Positions 1 to 9,694 of a stretch of DNA of 64,000 nt are shown in pieces; positions within the stretch are counted from its first letter, which is position 1; each line of letters begins with the position of its first letter. The stretch lies in NCBI GenBank assembly GCA_964441495.1, contig CAYTXV010000003.1:3137-67136 (forward strand), read 5' to 3'. The notes below the pieces were generated by a model that was given only the letters and a program-made list of their open reading frames with translations, ran no database searches and was not told the DNA's origin. The stretch is from an uncultured Candidatus Saccharibacteria bacterium (GTDB taxonomy: Bacteria > Patescibacteriota > Minisyncoccia > Phycocordibacterales > UBA9973). The position numbers and the translations under genes are program-made.

Positions 1-349
1 ATGCTCCTTCAAACACGCCACCGACGAGGGCTACCTGGTCTTTGTGTGTCTTTTGGAATTCATAGACGCCACGCGCTGATGCGATCGGGTCTGCACTTGC
101 AGCAACCGCGATCTCACCTTCGAGTAGAGGGAGCTGTCCCTGGATGCCCATATCGTCGAGCACGCGCTTGATGAGGGTTTTCTTTCCTACTTTGTAGGAG
201 ACACCTTCTGCACGAAGCTTGCGACGAAGCTCAATAGTTTCTCTGACCGAGAGACCTTTGAACTGCACAAATGCGATTGAGTGCGCATCTTTGAGCATAT
301 CTGTGAACGAAGCAACAATAGACTGTTTCTTGTCTTTTGTGATTGCCAT
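1..349 (-). CDS. rplJ: 50S ribosomal protein L10 (partial; C-terminus beyond window edge)
   Basis: Hand translation of minus strand from ATG (349-347): MAITKDKKQSIVASFTDMLKDAHSIAFVQFKGLSVRETIELRRKLRAEGVSYKVGKKTLIKRVL...; absent from ORF track because open at the edge. Confidence 0.85.
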   Translation of the reverse strand, partial: MAITKDKKQSIVASFTDMLKDAHSIAFVQFKGLSVRETIELRRKLRAEGVSYKVGKKTLIKRVLDDMGIQGQLPLLEGEIAVAASADPIASARGVYEFQKTHKDQVALVGGVFEGA

Positions 350-476
350 ACGTTTGTAAGTGAACAATATAAATACCGCCAATGACGGGTGTAGTCTCGG
401 AGAATTCGACCTCGGCAGGATATTAAGATCTTGCGATCACCCACTGTCTTTGATCTACACGAAAAGTACTGTACCA
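350..476 (-). promoter_or_regulatory. Candidate rplJ promoter plus ~110-nt structured 5' leader (possible L10 autoregulatory leader)
   Basis: Minus-strand TGGTACAGT extended -10-like element (476-468); GATC-GCAA-GATC GNRA hairpin (438-427); no ORF; position directly upstream of rplJ. Confidence 0.25.
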
Positions 477-492
477 AATCCTCTGGATAAGT

Positions 493-525
493 CAAACAAA
501 ACTACCCTCCGTTTCTGGAGGGTAG
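493..525 (-). terminator. Rho-independent terminator after gene 538-1065
   Basis: Minus strand CTACCCTCC-agaaac-GGAGGGTAG 9-bp stem followed by TTTTGTTT. Confidence 0.7.
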
Positions 526-537
526 TTTGAGTGCAAA

Positions 538-1065
538 TTACTTGACTGAAATGGTTGCTACAGGAGCGCCGTTACATTTGACCGACACTTCACCAGCTAC
601 GCTGAGTGGGTAGGTAAAGTAGCGGTAGCTATCAAGTGCCTGAGTACGTCCAGGAACTTCAACGGTGATCTGCTTGGCTGAGTTGTTGGCGATCAAGATG
701 CGTGTTCCAACCTTTTGGGATTGTGCTGTAGGAAGCGCCTTGCATCCCTCGCCAAAGAACACGAGTTTACCCCCATAACTTCGGATTGCATCTTCGTATG
801 CAGAAGGCTTTGCAGTCTCTGCTATAGGAGTCGCTGTTTCATCTTTGGGACATGGCTTGCCTGTCGTCTCACTAAAGAGGAATCCTGGCTTACATCCTTC
901 AGGCATGCCAGTATCGATAGCTTGCTCAGTAGCCTTTTTGGTTTGTGCGCCACGGCCGATAAGTGCTGCGATCACAACAACGATGAAGATCGCACCTGCG
1001 ATCTTGAGTATGTTTTTCTTGCGAGTATCTGCGGTCTGTGCCTGTTTGGGTGTATTGTTTTCCAT
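538..1065 (-). CDS. Hypothetical membrane-anchored extracytoplasmic protein
   Basis: 175-aa ORF; N-terminal basic stretch then hydrophobic helix (ILKIAGAIFIVVVIAALIG); no recognisable catalytic motif. Confidence 0.6.
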   Translation of the reverse strand: MENNTPKQAQTADTRKKNILKIAGAIFIVVVIAALIGRGAQTKKATEQAIDTGMPEGCKPGFLFSETTGKPCPKDETATPIAETAKPSAYEDAIRSYGGKLVFFGEGCKALPTAQSQKVGTRILIANNSAKQITVEVPGRTQALDSYRYFTYPLSVAGEVSVKCNGAPVATISVK

Positions 1066-1153
1066 AAATCTGCGTACGATTCACTTATAGTAATACCCTA
1101 GATTGTACCGAACTTGACCCGTTGTCCATACTGTACAAATTGGGAAAATATCA

Positions 1154-1159
1154 TATAAT
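1154..1159 (+). promoter_or_regulatory. -10 box (TATAAT) 7 nt upstream of the sugar transferase ATG; leaderless-type promoter
   Basis: TATAAT at 1154-1159, ATG at 1167; no Shine-Dalgarno sequence. Confidence 0.45.
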
Positions 1160-1166
1160 TTGAAGT

Positions 1167-2459
1167 ATGTTACAATCTCGACATACACTTCTTGTTCTGG
1201 GAGATGTCGTGGTACTCCTCGCGACGTTTTGTGTCATGGTAGCGATTAGGTTTGATCTTGCGACTCAGGCATCGTTTGTCACGCTCCAAGCGCAGCGATT
1301 TGCATGGATATTTGCATTGTGGCTCATCGTATTTTTTATCTTTGACCTCTACTCGATCAGACGTATCAACCCCAACCCTCGCACTATAGGACTCATCATC
1401 GCAGCGATGGGACTCAACACGCTCCTTGGTGTACTCATCTTTTATCTCTTCCCCCAAAACGGGATCACTCCCAAGACAAACCTCGCGATCATCGCCGGGA
1501 GCGCATTTGTACTCCTGGTTGCATGGCGTCGTGCGTACCACATCATCTCATCCAAACACTTGACGAGACGCATCATCCTGCTCGGCCAAAACCCACTCAT
1601 GGAGCATCTCGCAGAAGAGTTTCGCAAGCACCCACACTTTGGGACTGTCGTCGCACAATGGAGCACGCTTCCACAAACGGCTCAAGGTATCGATGCGGAT
1701 CTTGTGGTTGCGCATGGGATAGACCCTCAGACACTCGTGAACCTGACGCGCTCTACCCGCGCAGAGACCCTCACGCTCGACGAAGCGTACGAACTCATCT
1801 TTGCCAAAATCCCGCTCGAGCTCATGACGGATGAACGCGCACTCGCTTATATGACACAGCACACGAGTACACCAATGCGACTCGTATACCGCACACTTGA
1901 GATCCTCGGGGCATCGATTGTACTTCTCATTACCGCACCGTTTGTTGCACTTGGTGCACTTCTCGTATGGATTGAAGATAATGGACCTATGTTTATCAAA
2001 CAATCCCGCGTTGGCAAAAATGGAAATCGGTTTTTCATATATAAACTACGAAGCATGAAAGCGCTCAACAAAGACGGTTCCGCAGAAACAGGCGGTGCTG
2101 TATGGGCAGACAAACACGATCCTCGCATCACACGAGTCGGCCGGATCTTGCGCACAACACACCTCGACGAAGTCCCACAGATGTGGAACATCATCCGGGG
2201 CGATCTTGCAGCTATCGGTCCGCGCGCCGAACGCCCAGAGTTTGTCGCAACACTTGAAGAGCAGATCCCCTACTACTACCTTCGCCACACGATCAAACCT
2301 GGATTTACTGGGTGGGCACAGATCAAGTTTCGCTACGCGCGGTCAATAGAAGACTCAAAAGAAAAGTTTGAGTACGATCTATACTATCTCAAGAACAAAT
2401 CACCACTCCTTGATATCGGTATCGTCCTTAAAACACTCCAGATCATCTTTACGCACTAA
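1167..2459 (+). CDS. Polyprenyl-phosphate glycosylphosphotransferase (bacterial sugar transferase, WbaP/EpsB-like priming enzyme)
   Basis: Multi-TM N-terminus; C-terminal motifs KQSRVGKNGNRFFIYKLRSM, DPRITRVGRILRTTHLDEVPQ, GDLAAIGPRAERPEF typical of the PF02397 family. Confidence 0.9.
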   Translation: MLQSRHTLLVLGDVVVLLATFCVMVAIRFDLATQASFVTLQAQRFAWIFALWLIVFFIFDLYSIRRINPNPRTIGLIIAAMGLNTLLGVLIFYLFPQNGITPKTNLAIIAGSAFVLLVAWRRAYHIISSKHLTRRIILLGQNPLMEHLAEEFRKHPHFGTVVAQWSTLPQTAQGIDADLVVAHGIDPQTLVNLTRSTRAETLTLDEAYELIFAKIPLELMTDERALAYMTQHTSTPMRLVYRTLEILGASIVLLITAPFVALGALLVWIEDNGPMFIKQSRVGKNGNRFFIYKLRSMKALNKDGSAETGGAVWADKHDPRITRVGRILRTTHLDEVPQMWNIIRGDLAAIGPRAERPEFVATLEEQIPYYYLRHTIKPGFTGWAQIKFRYARSIEDSKEKFEYDLYYLKNKSPLLDIGIVLKTLQIIFTH

Positions 2460-2497
2460 GCTCGTAAAATAAGGGTAAAAATGCTATCGTACTAAGT

Positions 2498-3322
2498 GTG
2501 AAATCAGCAACAACTGTTATCAAACCCAAGAAACTTTTTAGCTTCTCGGATATCAAAGAGGTCTGGTTGTATCGAGAGTTGCTCTACTTTTTTACTTGGA
2601 GAGATCTCAAGGTGCGCTACAAACAAACAGCGGTAGGAGTTGCCTGGGCGGTGTTTCAACCATTTGTAACGATGGTGGTGTTTAGTTTGTTTTTTGGAAC
2701 CCTTGCAAAAGTCCCTTCTGATGGCGTACCGTATCCAATCTTTGTATATGTTGGACTATTGTTTTGGCAGTTTTTTTCTGGAGCACTGCTCGACACAAGC
2801 AACGCACTCATCAGCAATCAGTCCATCATCACCAAGGTGTACTTCCCTCGACTCGTGCTTCCAATCTCAAGTGTGATCACGCAGTTTATAGACTTTTTGA
2901 TTGGGACAGTTATCTTGGTAGGACTTATGATATATTATGGCTACACACCCAACCTTGGCGGGCTCGCACTTATCCCACTACTTCTTGCGATCACGTTTAT
3001 GGCATCGATTGGACTCGGGCTTGTCCTGACATCGCTTAACGTCAAGTACCGTGATGTACGCTACGTGCTTCCCTTTTTTATCCAAATGCTTTTGTTTGTC
3101 ACACCTGTTATCTATCCTGCAGGTATCGCAGGCAAATACTCATGGATCCTCGCACTTAACCCGATGATGGGTGTCATCCAAAGTGCCCGCGCAGCACTTC
3201 TGGGCACCACAGTGCTAAACTGGACACTCATAGGACTTTCTCTTGTTGCAACAGCGACACTCCTTGTAGTTGGACTGTATGTATTTAAAAAAACCGAACG
3301 ATACTTTGCAGATATCATCTAA
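2498..3322 (+). CDS. wzm: ABC-2 type polysaccharide export permease (Wzm/TagG-like)
   Basis: GTG start; 6-TM profile; N-terminal motif RELLYFFTWRDLKVRYKQTAVGVAWAVFQP typical of ABC-2 O-antigen/teichoic acid permeases; adjacent ATPase. Confidence 0.85.
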   Translation: MKSATTVIKPKKLFSFSDIKEVWLYRELLYFFTWRDLKVRYKQTAVGVAWAVFQPFVTMVVFSLFFGTLAKVPSDGVPYPIFVYVGLLFWQFFSGALLDTSNALISNQSIITKVYFPRLVLPISSVITQFIDFLIGTVILVGLMIYYGYTPNLGGLALIPLLLAITFMASIGLGLVLTSLNVKYRDVRYVLPFFIQMLLFVTPVIYPAGIAGKYSWILALNPMMGVIQSARAALLGTTVLNWTLIGLSLVATATLLVVGLYVFKKTERYFADII

Positions 3323-3326
3323 CACT

Positions 3327-4529
3327 ATGAAGCCGATTATTGAAGTAAAACATATTGGTAAGCGCTATACGATCAAGCATACCCAGGGGTCATACATCAC
3401 GCTTCGTGATACACTCACTGATTTGTTTCGCCGAACCAAAAGCAAGAAAGAATCTTTTTGGGCACTCAAAGATGTCTCGTTTACTGTCCCGCAGGGTGAG
3501 ATCATCGGCATCATCGGCAAAAACGGAGCTGGCAAATCTACGCTTCTCAAGATCCTTTCACAAATCACCCCGCCTACTACTGGTGAAGTGATACTGCGTG
3601 GTCGCGTCGGAAGCTTGCTTGAAGTAGGGACCGGATTTCACCCAGAACTGACTGGCCGAGAAAACATATTTCTCAACGGTGCAATCCTCGGCATGAGCCG
3701 GAAAGAAATCGCCGAAAAATTTGATCAAATCGTCTCGTTTGCTGGTATCGAGCGTTTCCTGGATACTCCAGTGAAGCGATACTCGAGCGGTATGTATGTG
3801 CGCCTCGCCTTCTCTGTTGCTGCACACATGGAGCCAGACATACTGATCATCGATGAAGTACTCGCTGTAGGAGATGCTGAGTTTCAAAAAAAATGTTTAG
3901 GTAAAATGGAAGAGGTGACCTCAGAGGCAGGGCGCACAATCCTCTTTGTTAGTCACAATCTCGATGCAGTCAGAAGGATCTGTACCAAAACAATCTGGAT
4001 TCATGATGGTGAGGTTGTTATGCATGGAGATACGAGTGATGTACTTGCTGCATATGCACGCCATGGCAATGCTGGTACCCAAGAAAACCGCTGGGAAAAT
4101 ACCGGTACCCTTACTCATGAACACTTTGAACCACACCTACTTGAAGTAACAGGCTCAGATGAATCGCTCACCGTACGTATCACCGGCAACCTCAAGCAAG
4201 ATACTCCTGACCTCACTATCGGATACGCACTGTTTGATGAAAACGAAGAGCTTTTGTATTGGTCATACCAAACTGATGCGGATCCCACAATGCGTCTTGT
4301 TGTTGGGACCAACACGATCGAATCAAAGATTCCAGTCAAATTTCTCAACAGTGGAACATACCGTGTAGAACTCATCGGCGGGATCCACGGTACACAATGG
4401 TTTTTTGAGCCAGGTAAAGGTAATCCAAGTGTTATGATTGGTATCGAGCGAGACTTTGGCGATCATCCGTACCTCAACCAGAAACGCCCAGGCATCCTCG
4501 CCCCTATACTTCCATGGAAAAACTCGTAA
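3327..4529 (+). CDS. wzt: Polysaccharide ABC exporter ATP-binding protein (Wzt/TagH-like) with ~170-aa C-terminal extension
   Basis: Start trimmed to ATG 3327 (MKPIIEVKHIGKRY), just past the wzm stop; Walker A GKNGAGKST, signature YSSGM, Walker B ILIIDE; extra C-terminal beta-rich domain. Confidence 0.9.
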   Translation: MKPIIEVKHIGKRYTIKHTQGSYITLRDTLTDLFRRTKSKKESFWALKDVSFTVPQGEIIGIIGKNGAGKSTLLKILSQITPPTTGEVILRGRVGSLLEVGTGFHPELTGRENIFLNGAILGMSRKEIAEKFDQIVSFAGIERFLDTPVKRYSSGMYVRLAFSVAAHMEPDILIIDEVLAVGDAEFQKKCLGKMEEVTSEAGRTILFVSHNLDAVRRICTKTIWIHDGEVVMHGDTSDVLAAYARHGNAGTQENRWENTGTLTHEHFEPHLLEVTGSDESLTVRITGNLKQDTPDLTIGYALFDENEELLYWSYQTDADPTMRLVVGTNTIESKIPVKFLNSGTYRVELIGGIHGTQWFFEPGKGNPSVMIGIERDFGDHPYLNQKRPGILAPILPWKNS

Positions 4530-5233
4530 CCTTAGTGCAAAGATTCTTCCCTCGTGTGGGCACAAAAACATACGCACAGTATGGTGAAGATGTGATTATC
4601 CAAGGTCTCTGTCATGCAGTTGGTATCAAAACACCGCGCTATATCGACATCGGCACACATCACGCGACACACTTGAGTAATACTTATCTCTTTTATACCA
4701 AAGGAGCTTCGGGGGTGTGCATCGAACCAAGCCCTGATCTTGCACGAGCAATCGCACATAGGCGCCCTCGCGACATCGTGCGCGCTGTTGGCGTCGGAGC
4801 AAAAAGCAGTAGTACTCCGCTTGCATACTATGTACTCACTGCACAAACAATGAACACCTTTTCCAAAGAGGATGCAGAACAAACCATCGCCGCACCAGCT
4901 GTATATGGAAACCAAAAGATAGAGCGAGTTGAACATATCCCTATCGTCGGAATAAACGATATTTTGAAAGAGTATGCATCGTACACGGATATAGTCTCGA
5001 TCGATACAGAAGGAATGGACGAAGAGATAGTTCGTGCAATTGACTTTGCAACATATCGACCAAAGATTTTTTGTATTGAAACCGTAACACAAACAACAGA
5101 TAACCGTTTTGAGAAAAACATATCGCTTATCTCATTTCTGAAAGAGCAAGGATATATCGTATATGCTGATACATATGTCAACACTATAGTTGTCGATAAA
5201 ACACTTTGGGGCTACGGTAGTACTATCATATGA
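4514..5233 (+). CDS. FkbM-family methyltransferase
   Basis: YAQYGEDVII, YIDIGTHH (SAM-binding G-rich loop), DIVSIDTEGMDEEI resemble FkbM-family motifs; overlaps wzt stop by 16 nt. Confidence 0.7.
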   Translation: MEKLVTLVQRFFPRVGTKTYAQYGEDVIIQGLCHAVGIKTPRYIDIGTHHATHLSNTYLFYTKGASGVCIEPSPDLARAIAHRRPRDIVRAVGVGAKSSSTPLAYYVLTAQTMNTFSKEDAEQTIAAPAVYGNQKIERVEHIPIVGINDILKEYASYTDIVSIDTEGMDEEIVRAIDFATYRPKIFCIETVTQTTDNRFEKNISLISFLKEQGYIVYADTYVNTIVVDKTLWGYGSTII

Positions 5234-5901
5234 ACACAATCATCTCACTAGTTCAAAAACTATATCGACATTTCTTCCCTCGCCCCAAAACACCTCGCGA
5301 ACTGGTCGTAGCGCAGTGGGAAGCTGCTGCTGGCGACAAAACGCTACGCCTCACATATCCACTCACATCAGAGGACATCGTATGGGACGTTGGTGGGTAT
5401 GAGGGACAATGGGCGAGCGATCTCTTTGCCAAGTATCAACCAACAATCCATGTCTTTGAACCGGTAGCAGTTTTTGCACAAAACATTAGTGAGCGCTTTG
5501 CAAAAAATCCAAAAATACATGTACACCGATACGGCGTCTCAGATCGTAACACTACCGAGACGATTTCAATCATAGGCGATCGAGCGTCAACATTTGTACG
5601 AGACCAAACAACCGAGCATGCCCCCTTTCGAAGTGCGCATGAAGTAGTGCGCGAACTTGGTACTCCTACCCTCATCAAACTCAACATCGAGGGTGGCGAG
5701 TACCCGCTTCTTGAAAACCTCATCGCAACAAACCACATCAAAGATATCGCGCACATACAAGTACAGTTTCATGACTTTGTGCCAAACGCAGTAGTACGTA
5801 TGCAAAACATACAACAAGAACTTGCAAAAACACATACTCGAACCTATCACTATCCATTTGTATGGGAAAGTTGGACACGCAATGAAAAAACTCATCGTTA
5901 A
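5230..5901 (+). CDS. FkbM-family methyltransferase (paralog)
   Basis: VWDVGGYEGQW, IKLNIEGGEYPLLENL; N-terminus LVQKLYRHFFPR similar to preceding gene; ATGA overlap with upstream gene. Confidence 0.7.
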   Translation: MNTIISLVQKLYRHFFPRPKTPRELVVAQWEAAAGDKTLRLTYPLTSEDIVWDVGGYEGQWASDLFAKYQPTIHVFEPVAVFAQNISERFAKNPKIHVHRYGVSDRNTTETISIIGDRASTFVRDQTTEHAPFRSAHEVVRELGTPTLIKLNIEGGEYPLLENLIATNHIKDIAHIQVQFHDFVPNAVVRMQNIQQELAKTHTRTYHYPFVWESWTRNEKTHR

Positions 5902-6847
5902 AATCTCAACTGCAGGTGGTGGTACACCCTTTATGCGCCAAGCGCCCAGCGGTGTTGCAGTGTGGGATAAATGCGAATTTCTTATAAATAAAGATACCGA
6001 TGAGTGTGATCTCTGGGTCGTCTACGGAGGGCTTGGTAAGGACGAAACAGTGCGTGCTCGACACACACTGTTTGTGTCAAACGAACCACCAACCGTGAAG
6101 CGGTACAGCGCAAAGTTTTTGCAGCAGTTTGACACTGTTATGACATGTAAGCAATCAATCAAACATCCGCATGTTATATACAACCAACAGGCACTTCCCT
6201 GGCTCGTCGGACACAACTTCCGAGATGATGCGCACAACTCCAAAACATATGATGAACTAACATCTATCAAAGAAATCTCTAAAACAAAACGTATCTCTGT
6301 TATCACTTCAAACAAAACATTTACCAAAGGACATCGAGCACGAGTTTCTTTTGTACAAAAGCTACAACAAGAGTTTGGTGACATGATCGATGTGTTTGGT
6401 ATCGACAAGCAGGTAGATGACAAGTGGGACGCGATCGCGCCATACAAGTACCACATCGTGATCGAAAACGCCTCTCTTGATGATTATTGGACGGAGAAGC
6501 TTGCAGATGCATTTCTTGGACTTTCGTTTCCGATATACTATGGTGCTCCCAATATCACGACATACTTTGCATCAGATTCTCTCGTCAGTATCGATATCAC
6601 CAAACCTGACCAGGCACTACGCACCATCCGAGAGCTCGTCGCCTCTGATAGATACGAGCACTCTATACCAGCCCTACAGATTGCCAAAACCCAGATTTTG
6701 GATACGTATCAACTCTTCCCCATGCTTGCCCGCTATGCACAGAGCCTTGATCAAAAGGCTCATCGTACCATCACCCTTGCTCCAGAGCGTGAATCGGGTA
6801 TAGTGAGATATGTCAAACGTCTCTACCGCTATGTCAAAAGGTTCTAA
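5882..6847 (+). CDS. GT10-like glycosyltransferase (alpha-1,3/4-fucosyltransferase-like)
   Basis: Start trimmed to ATG 5882 (MKKLIVK); C-terminal block YKYHIVIENASLDDYWTEKLADAFLGLSFPIYYGAPN matches GT10 FucT motif (ENS..GYvTEK..DA....iPiYwG). Confidence 0.7.
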   Translation: MKKLIVKISTAGGGTPFMRQAPSGVAVWDKCEFLINKDTDECDLWVVYGGLGKDETVRARHTLFVSNEPPTVKRYSAKFLQQFDTVMTCKQSIKHPHVIYNQQALPWLVGHNFRDDAHNSKTYDELTSIKEISKTKRISVITSNKTFTKGHRARVSFVQKLQQEFGDMIDVFGIDKQVDDKWDAIAPYKYHIVIENASLDDYWTEKLADAFLGLSFPIYYGAPNITTYFASDSLVSIDITKPDQALRTIRELVASDRYEHSIPALQIAKTQILDTYQLFPMLARYAQSLDQKAHRTITLAPERESGIVRYVKRLYRYVKRF

Positions 6848-7826
6848 CGTATACATCTACACCGAAATCGTCAACTGCGGCAAGATCGGCAAAATCGCAC
6901 TTGATTCATTTCACAAGTACCATGACTATCCTGTGCATGTGTACGGAACAAAAGAAGATTTTGACTGGATTATCCCTCACAAAAACAATATTTTTATCGA
7001 AGTAGACGATACTGTACTAAACGGCTATGAGCGTGGACATGTCGGTACTGCACTACTCTGGGAAAAGGTTATCAAGGAGTGTCCAACCGACACAATGATT
7101 CACTTTGATAGTGACGTGATATTTCGTGCAAACATACTTGATGAGATGATTGCGCACTCTGCTACGTACGACCTCATCGGCCCCATCCGCAACTACCACA
7201 GGAACCCTCATGATCGCAGCGATATCAGTCACCTCACCGATATCTGCCAAACAAACTGCACGCTTTGGAAAAAATCCAAGATATCTGCCCACTATCTCAC
7301 GGGCAAAACAACATGGTCAGTACAATCACTGTTTATCAAGTCACCACTGCAGCTTGCGCGAGGACTCAAATGGCAACTCAAACACTTGCTTGGCAAAAAC
7401 AAACTCTCGACATTTGCCCGTATGATTCATGGTACGTATAACCCATTTCCGTTCCCGACTATCGATTTCTTTGACCCGGTCATGTTTGATATGATTCACA
7501 ATGGTGCAAAGATACTCCACCTCCCCTCGGACGAAGTTGGTGGTTGGGATACTCATGGATCACGTGACAATGCGTACAAAGACATCAACAACTTCCCAAC
7601 TCCCTACAAACTCGATTTTGGAAGCAAACTGGTTCATTTTTCTTGTGTCGGAAGTGGAATGAACTTTTACCTCCACCCAGAGCGAACACTTCATGTTGGC
7701 AGTGCATATGTTGCAGCATCACTTGATCGCTATGCACTCTTTTGCAAGATCTTTTACAATGAAACCCTTCCTGGTATATCGGTCGAGCAGTACGGTGCGC
7801 TGCTGGCAATAAAAACATGGTACTAA
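6810..7826 (+). CDS. Uncharacterised putative glycosyltransferase (DxD-containing)
   Basis: 338-aa ORF in glycan operon; HFDSDVIF DxD-like motif; start uncertain (6810 or 6831); no confident family assignment. Confidence 0.5.
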   Translation: MSNVSTAMSKGSNVYIYTEIVNCGKIGKIALDSFHKYHDYPVHVYGTKEDFDWIIPHKNNIFIEVDDTVLNGYERGHVGTALLWEKVIKECPTDTMIHFDSDVIFRANILDEMIAHSATYDLIGPIRNYHRNPHDRSDISHLTDICQTNCTLWKKSKISAHYLTGKTTWSVQSLFIKSPLQLARGLKWQLKHLLGKNKLSTFARMIHGTYNPFPFPTIDFFDPVMFDMIHNGAKILHLPSDEVGGWDTHGSRDNAYKDINNFPTPYKLDFGSKLVHFSCVGSGMNFYLHPERTLHVGSAYVAASLDRYALFCKIFYNETLPGISVEQYGALLAIKTWY

Positions 7827-7827
7827 T

Positions 7828-8781
7828 ATGACTATCGACGTTATCATCCCGACATACAACAATGCTCGCTTTTTGAAAGAAGCTATTGCTTCTGTGCAAT
7901 CGCAAACATATAAACCAACACAGATCATTGTTGTAGACGATGGTTCAACTGACGATACTGAGACCATGATCAAAGCAATCACTGATGATCGTATCGTGTA
8001 CATCAAAAAAGAAAACGGTGGCCCCAACAGTGCGCGCAACCGAGGCCTCACCCAAGCAACAGCAGAACTCGTGGCGTTCCTCGATGCAGATGACCGCTGG
8101 GAACCTTTCAAACTTGAACGCCAAATGAAACTATTTCAAGAAGATAAAACTGGTACCCTCGGACTGGTGTATGGCAACTACAAAAACATTGATGAAACAG
8201 GCGCTGATCGCCCCGACATCCCGACGGTACCGTTTGATCCTGATATTTGTGGAAATGCATTTATTCCTCTTCTTTCCAAAAACATGATATTAGGAAGTGC
8301 AAGTAATGTACTCATACGACGTAGCGTGTTTGACGCAGTAGGGGGATTTGACGAGACACTACGCGTTGGTGAAGACTGGGACATGTGGCTACGCATTGCA
8401 AAACAATACATGGTTGAATACGTAGACGCGGTACTTGTTTCGATTCGTCGTCATCAACAAAATCAAACAAGTAGCAGACTGTTTCTCATCAAAGGAGATA
8501 TTGCGTTTATAGAAACATGGCTTCCTCGTATCGAGGGTATATACTCTGTGCCCCAGATGTGGAGTGATCGTATTATCTTTAACATCGTTCGAGGGTTGCC
8601 CCACCTAGACGGCTTACGTCTTGCACAAAACACACTTTCAAAACACACAAAGAGTGTTCTATTCAAACATACATTGGGGTCTCTGACGCTTGCGTGCCTA
8701 CTTGCGCCTATCCGAGTACTTACTAACAACAAGCTCCGTCCGCAATTACTACGAGCTATAAAACGCTATGCCATACGATAA
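7828..8781 (+). CDS. Glycosyltransferase family 2
   Basis: IDVIIPTYNNARFLKEAIASVQSQTY...IIVVDDGSTDDT, FLDADD, GEDWDMW motifs. Confidence 0.9.
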   Translation: MTIDVIIPTYNNARFLKEAIASVQSQTYKPTQIIVVDDGSTDDTETMIKAITDDRIVYIKKENGGPNSARNRGLTQATAELVAFLDADDRWEPFKLERQMKLFQEDKTGTLGLVYGNYKNIDETGADRPDIPTVPFDPDICGNAFIPLLSKNMILGSASNVLIRRSVFDAVGGFDETLRVGEDWDMWLRIAKQYMVEYVDAVLVSIRRHQQNQTSSRLFLIKGDIAFIETWLPRIEGIYSVPQMWSDRIIFNIVRGLPHLDGLRLAQNTLSKHTKSVLFKHTLGSLTLACLLAPIRVLTNNKLRPQLLRAIKRYAIR

Positions 8782-9694
8782 CCCGACCATCAGTATCATC
8801 ATGCCACTGTACAATAGTGGCGCATACCTAGGCGATGCTATCGAGAGCATTGTTGCGCAAACGTTTACCGATTGGGAGCTGATCATAGTCAATGACTCAT
8901 CAACCGACAATGGTCCCGCTATAGCAGAAGTCTGGGCAACAAAAGACCGTCGTATCAGACTTATCAACAATACAAACACAAAAGGCCTCGCGGGAGCTAT
9001 CAATTGTGGTCTCAGAGTCGCACGTGGTACCTACATCGCACGCGCAGATGGTGATGATATCAACCACCCCGATCGACTTACGCTACAATGTCGTTTCCTC
9101 AAAACTCATCCAAACATCGCAATTGTCGGTGCGTGGTACGAGACGTTTGGTGAAGGACTTCTACGCATAGTCCGTAAACACCCAACCAGCTCAGTAGTCA
9201 TTGCATGGAAATTCCTCACCAACACATACTTTTGCCATCCGACGACAGTGTACAGACGATCTGTACTACAGGATGTTCCTGAGTATCCATACACTGGGAG
9301 CGAAGACTTTGGGTTCTTTTCTCAGGTAGTGCATCACTACCCTGGTGCCAATATCCCACGTGTACTCCTTGACTATCGACAGCACGGAGCCAACTACTCT
9401 CATACAGAGAAACCAGCTATCACTAAAAGTATCCAAGAAATCTATCAAAAAAATATAAAGTGGTATCTTGGCACTACTACTGATATGGATATCTTTTTTG
9501 CATTTCATGCACGATACGATCTCCCATTCAAACACCTCTGGAAAGTCATCCGCATGAGTATGTCTATCGCACGCAAAATAGCAAAAGACTATGACGCAAC
9601 ACTAGGACAAAAGATATGCCTCTATGGCACGATTAAACTTCACATCATCCTCGCACTTGGCGCGCACTATGTCCGCAAACTCAAGAAACTATAG
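8768..9694 (+). CDS. Glycosyltransferase family 2
   Basis: ISIIMPLYNSGAYLGDAIESIVAQTFTDWELIIVNDSSTDNG; ARADGDD. Confidence 0.9.
   Translation: MPYDNPTISIIMPLYNSGAYLGDAIESIVAQTFTDWELIIVNDSSTDNGPAIAEVWATKDRRIRLINNTNTKGLAGAINCGLRVARGTYIARADGDDINHPDRLTLQCRFLKTHPNIAIVGAWYETFGEGLLRIVRKHPTSSVVIAWKFLTNTYFCHPTTVYRRSVLQDVPEYPYTGSEDFGFFSQVVHHYPGANIPRVLLDYRQHGANYSHTEKPAITKSIQEIYQKNIKWYLGTTTDMDIFFAFHARYDLPFKHLWKVIRMSMSIARKIAKDYDATLGQKICLYGTIKLHIILALGAHYVRKLKKL

Noticed and set aside
187-495. 102-aa minus-strand ORF from the track
   Set aside because: It is out of frame with, and overlaps, the clearly recognisable rplJ coding sequence and its leader. The composition is not protein-like.
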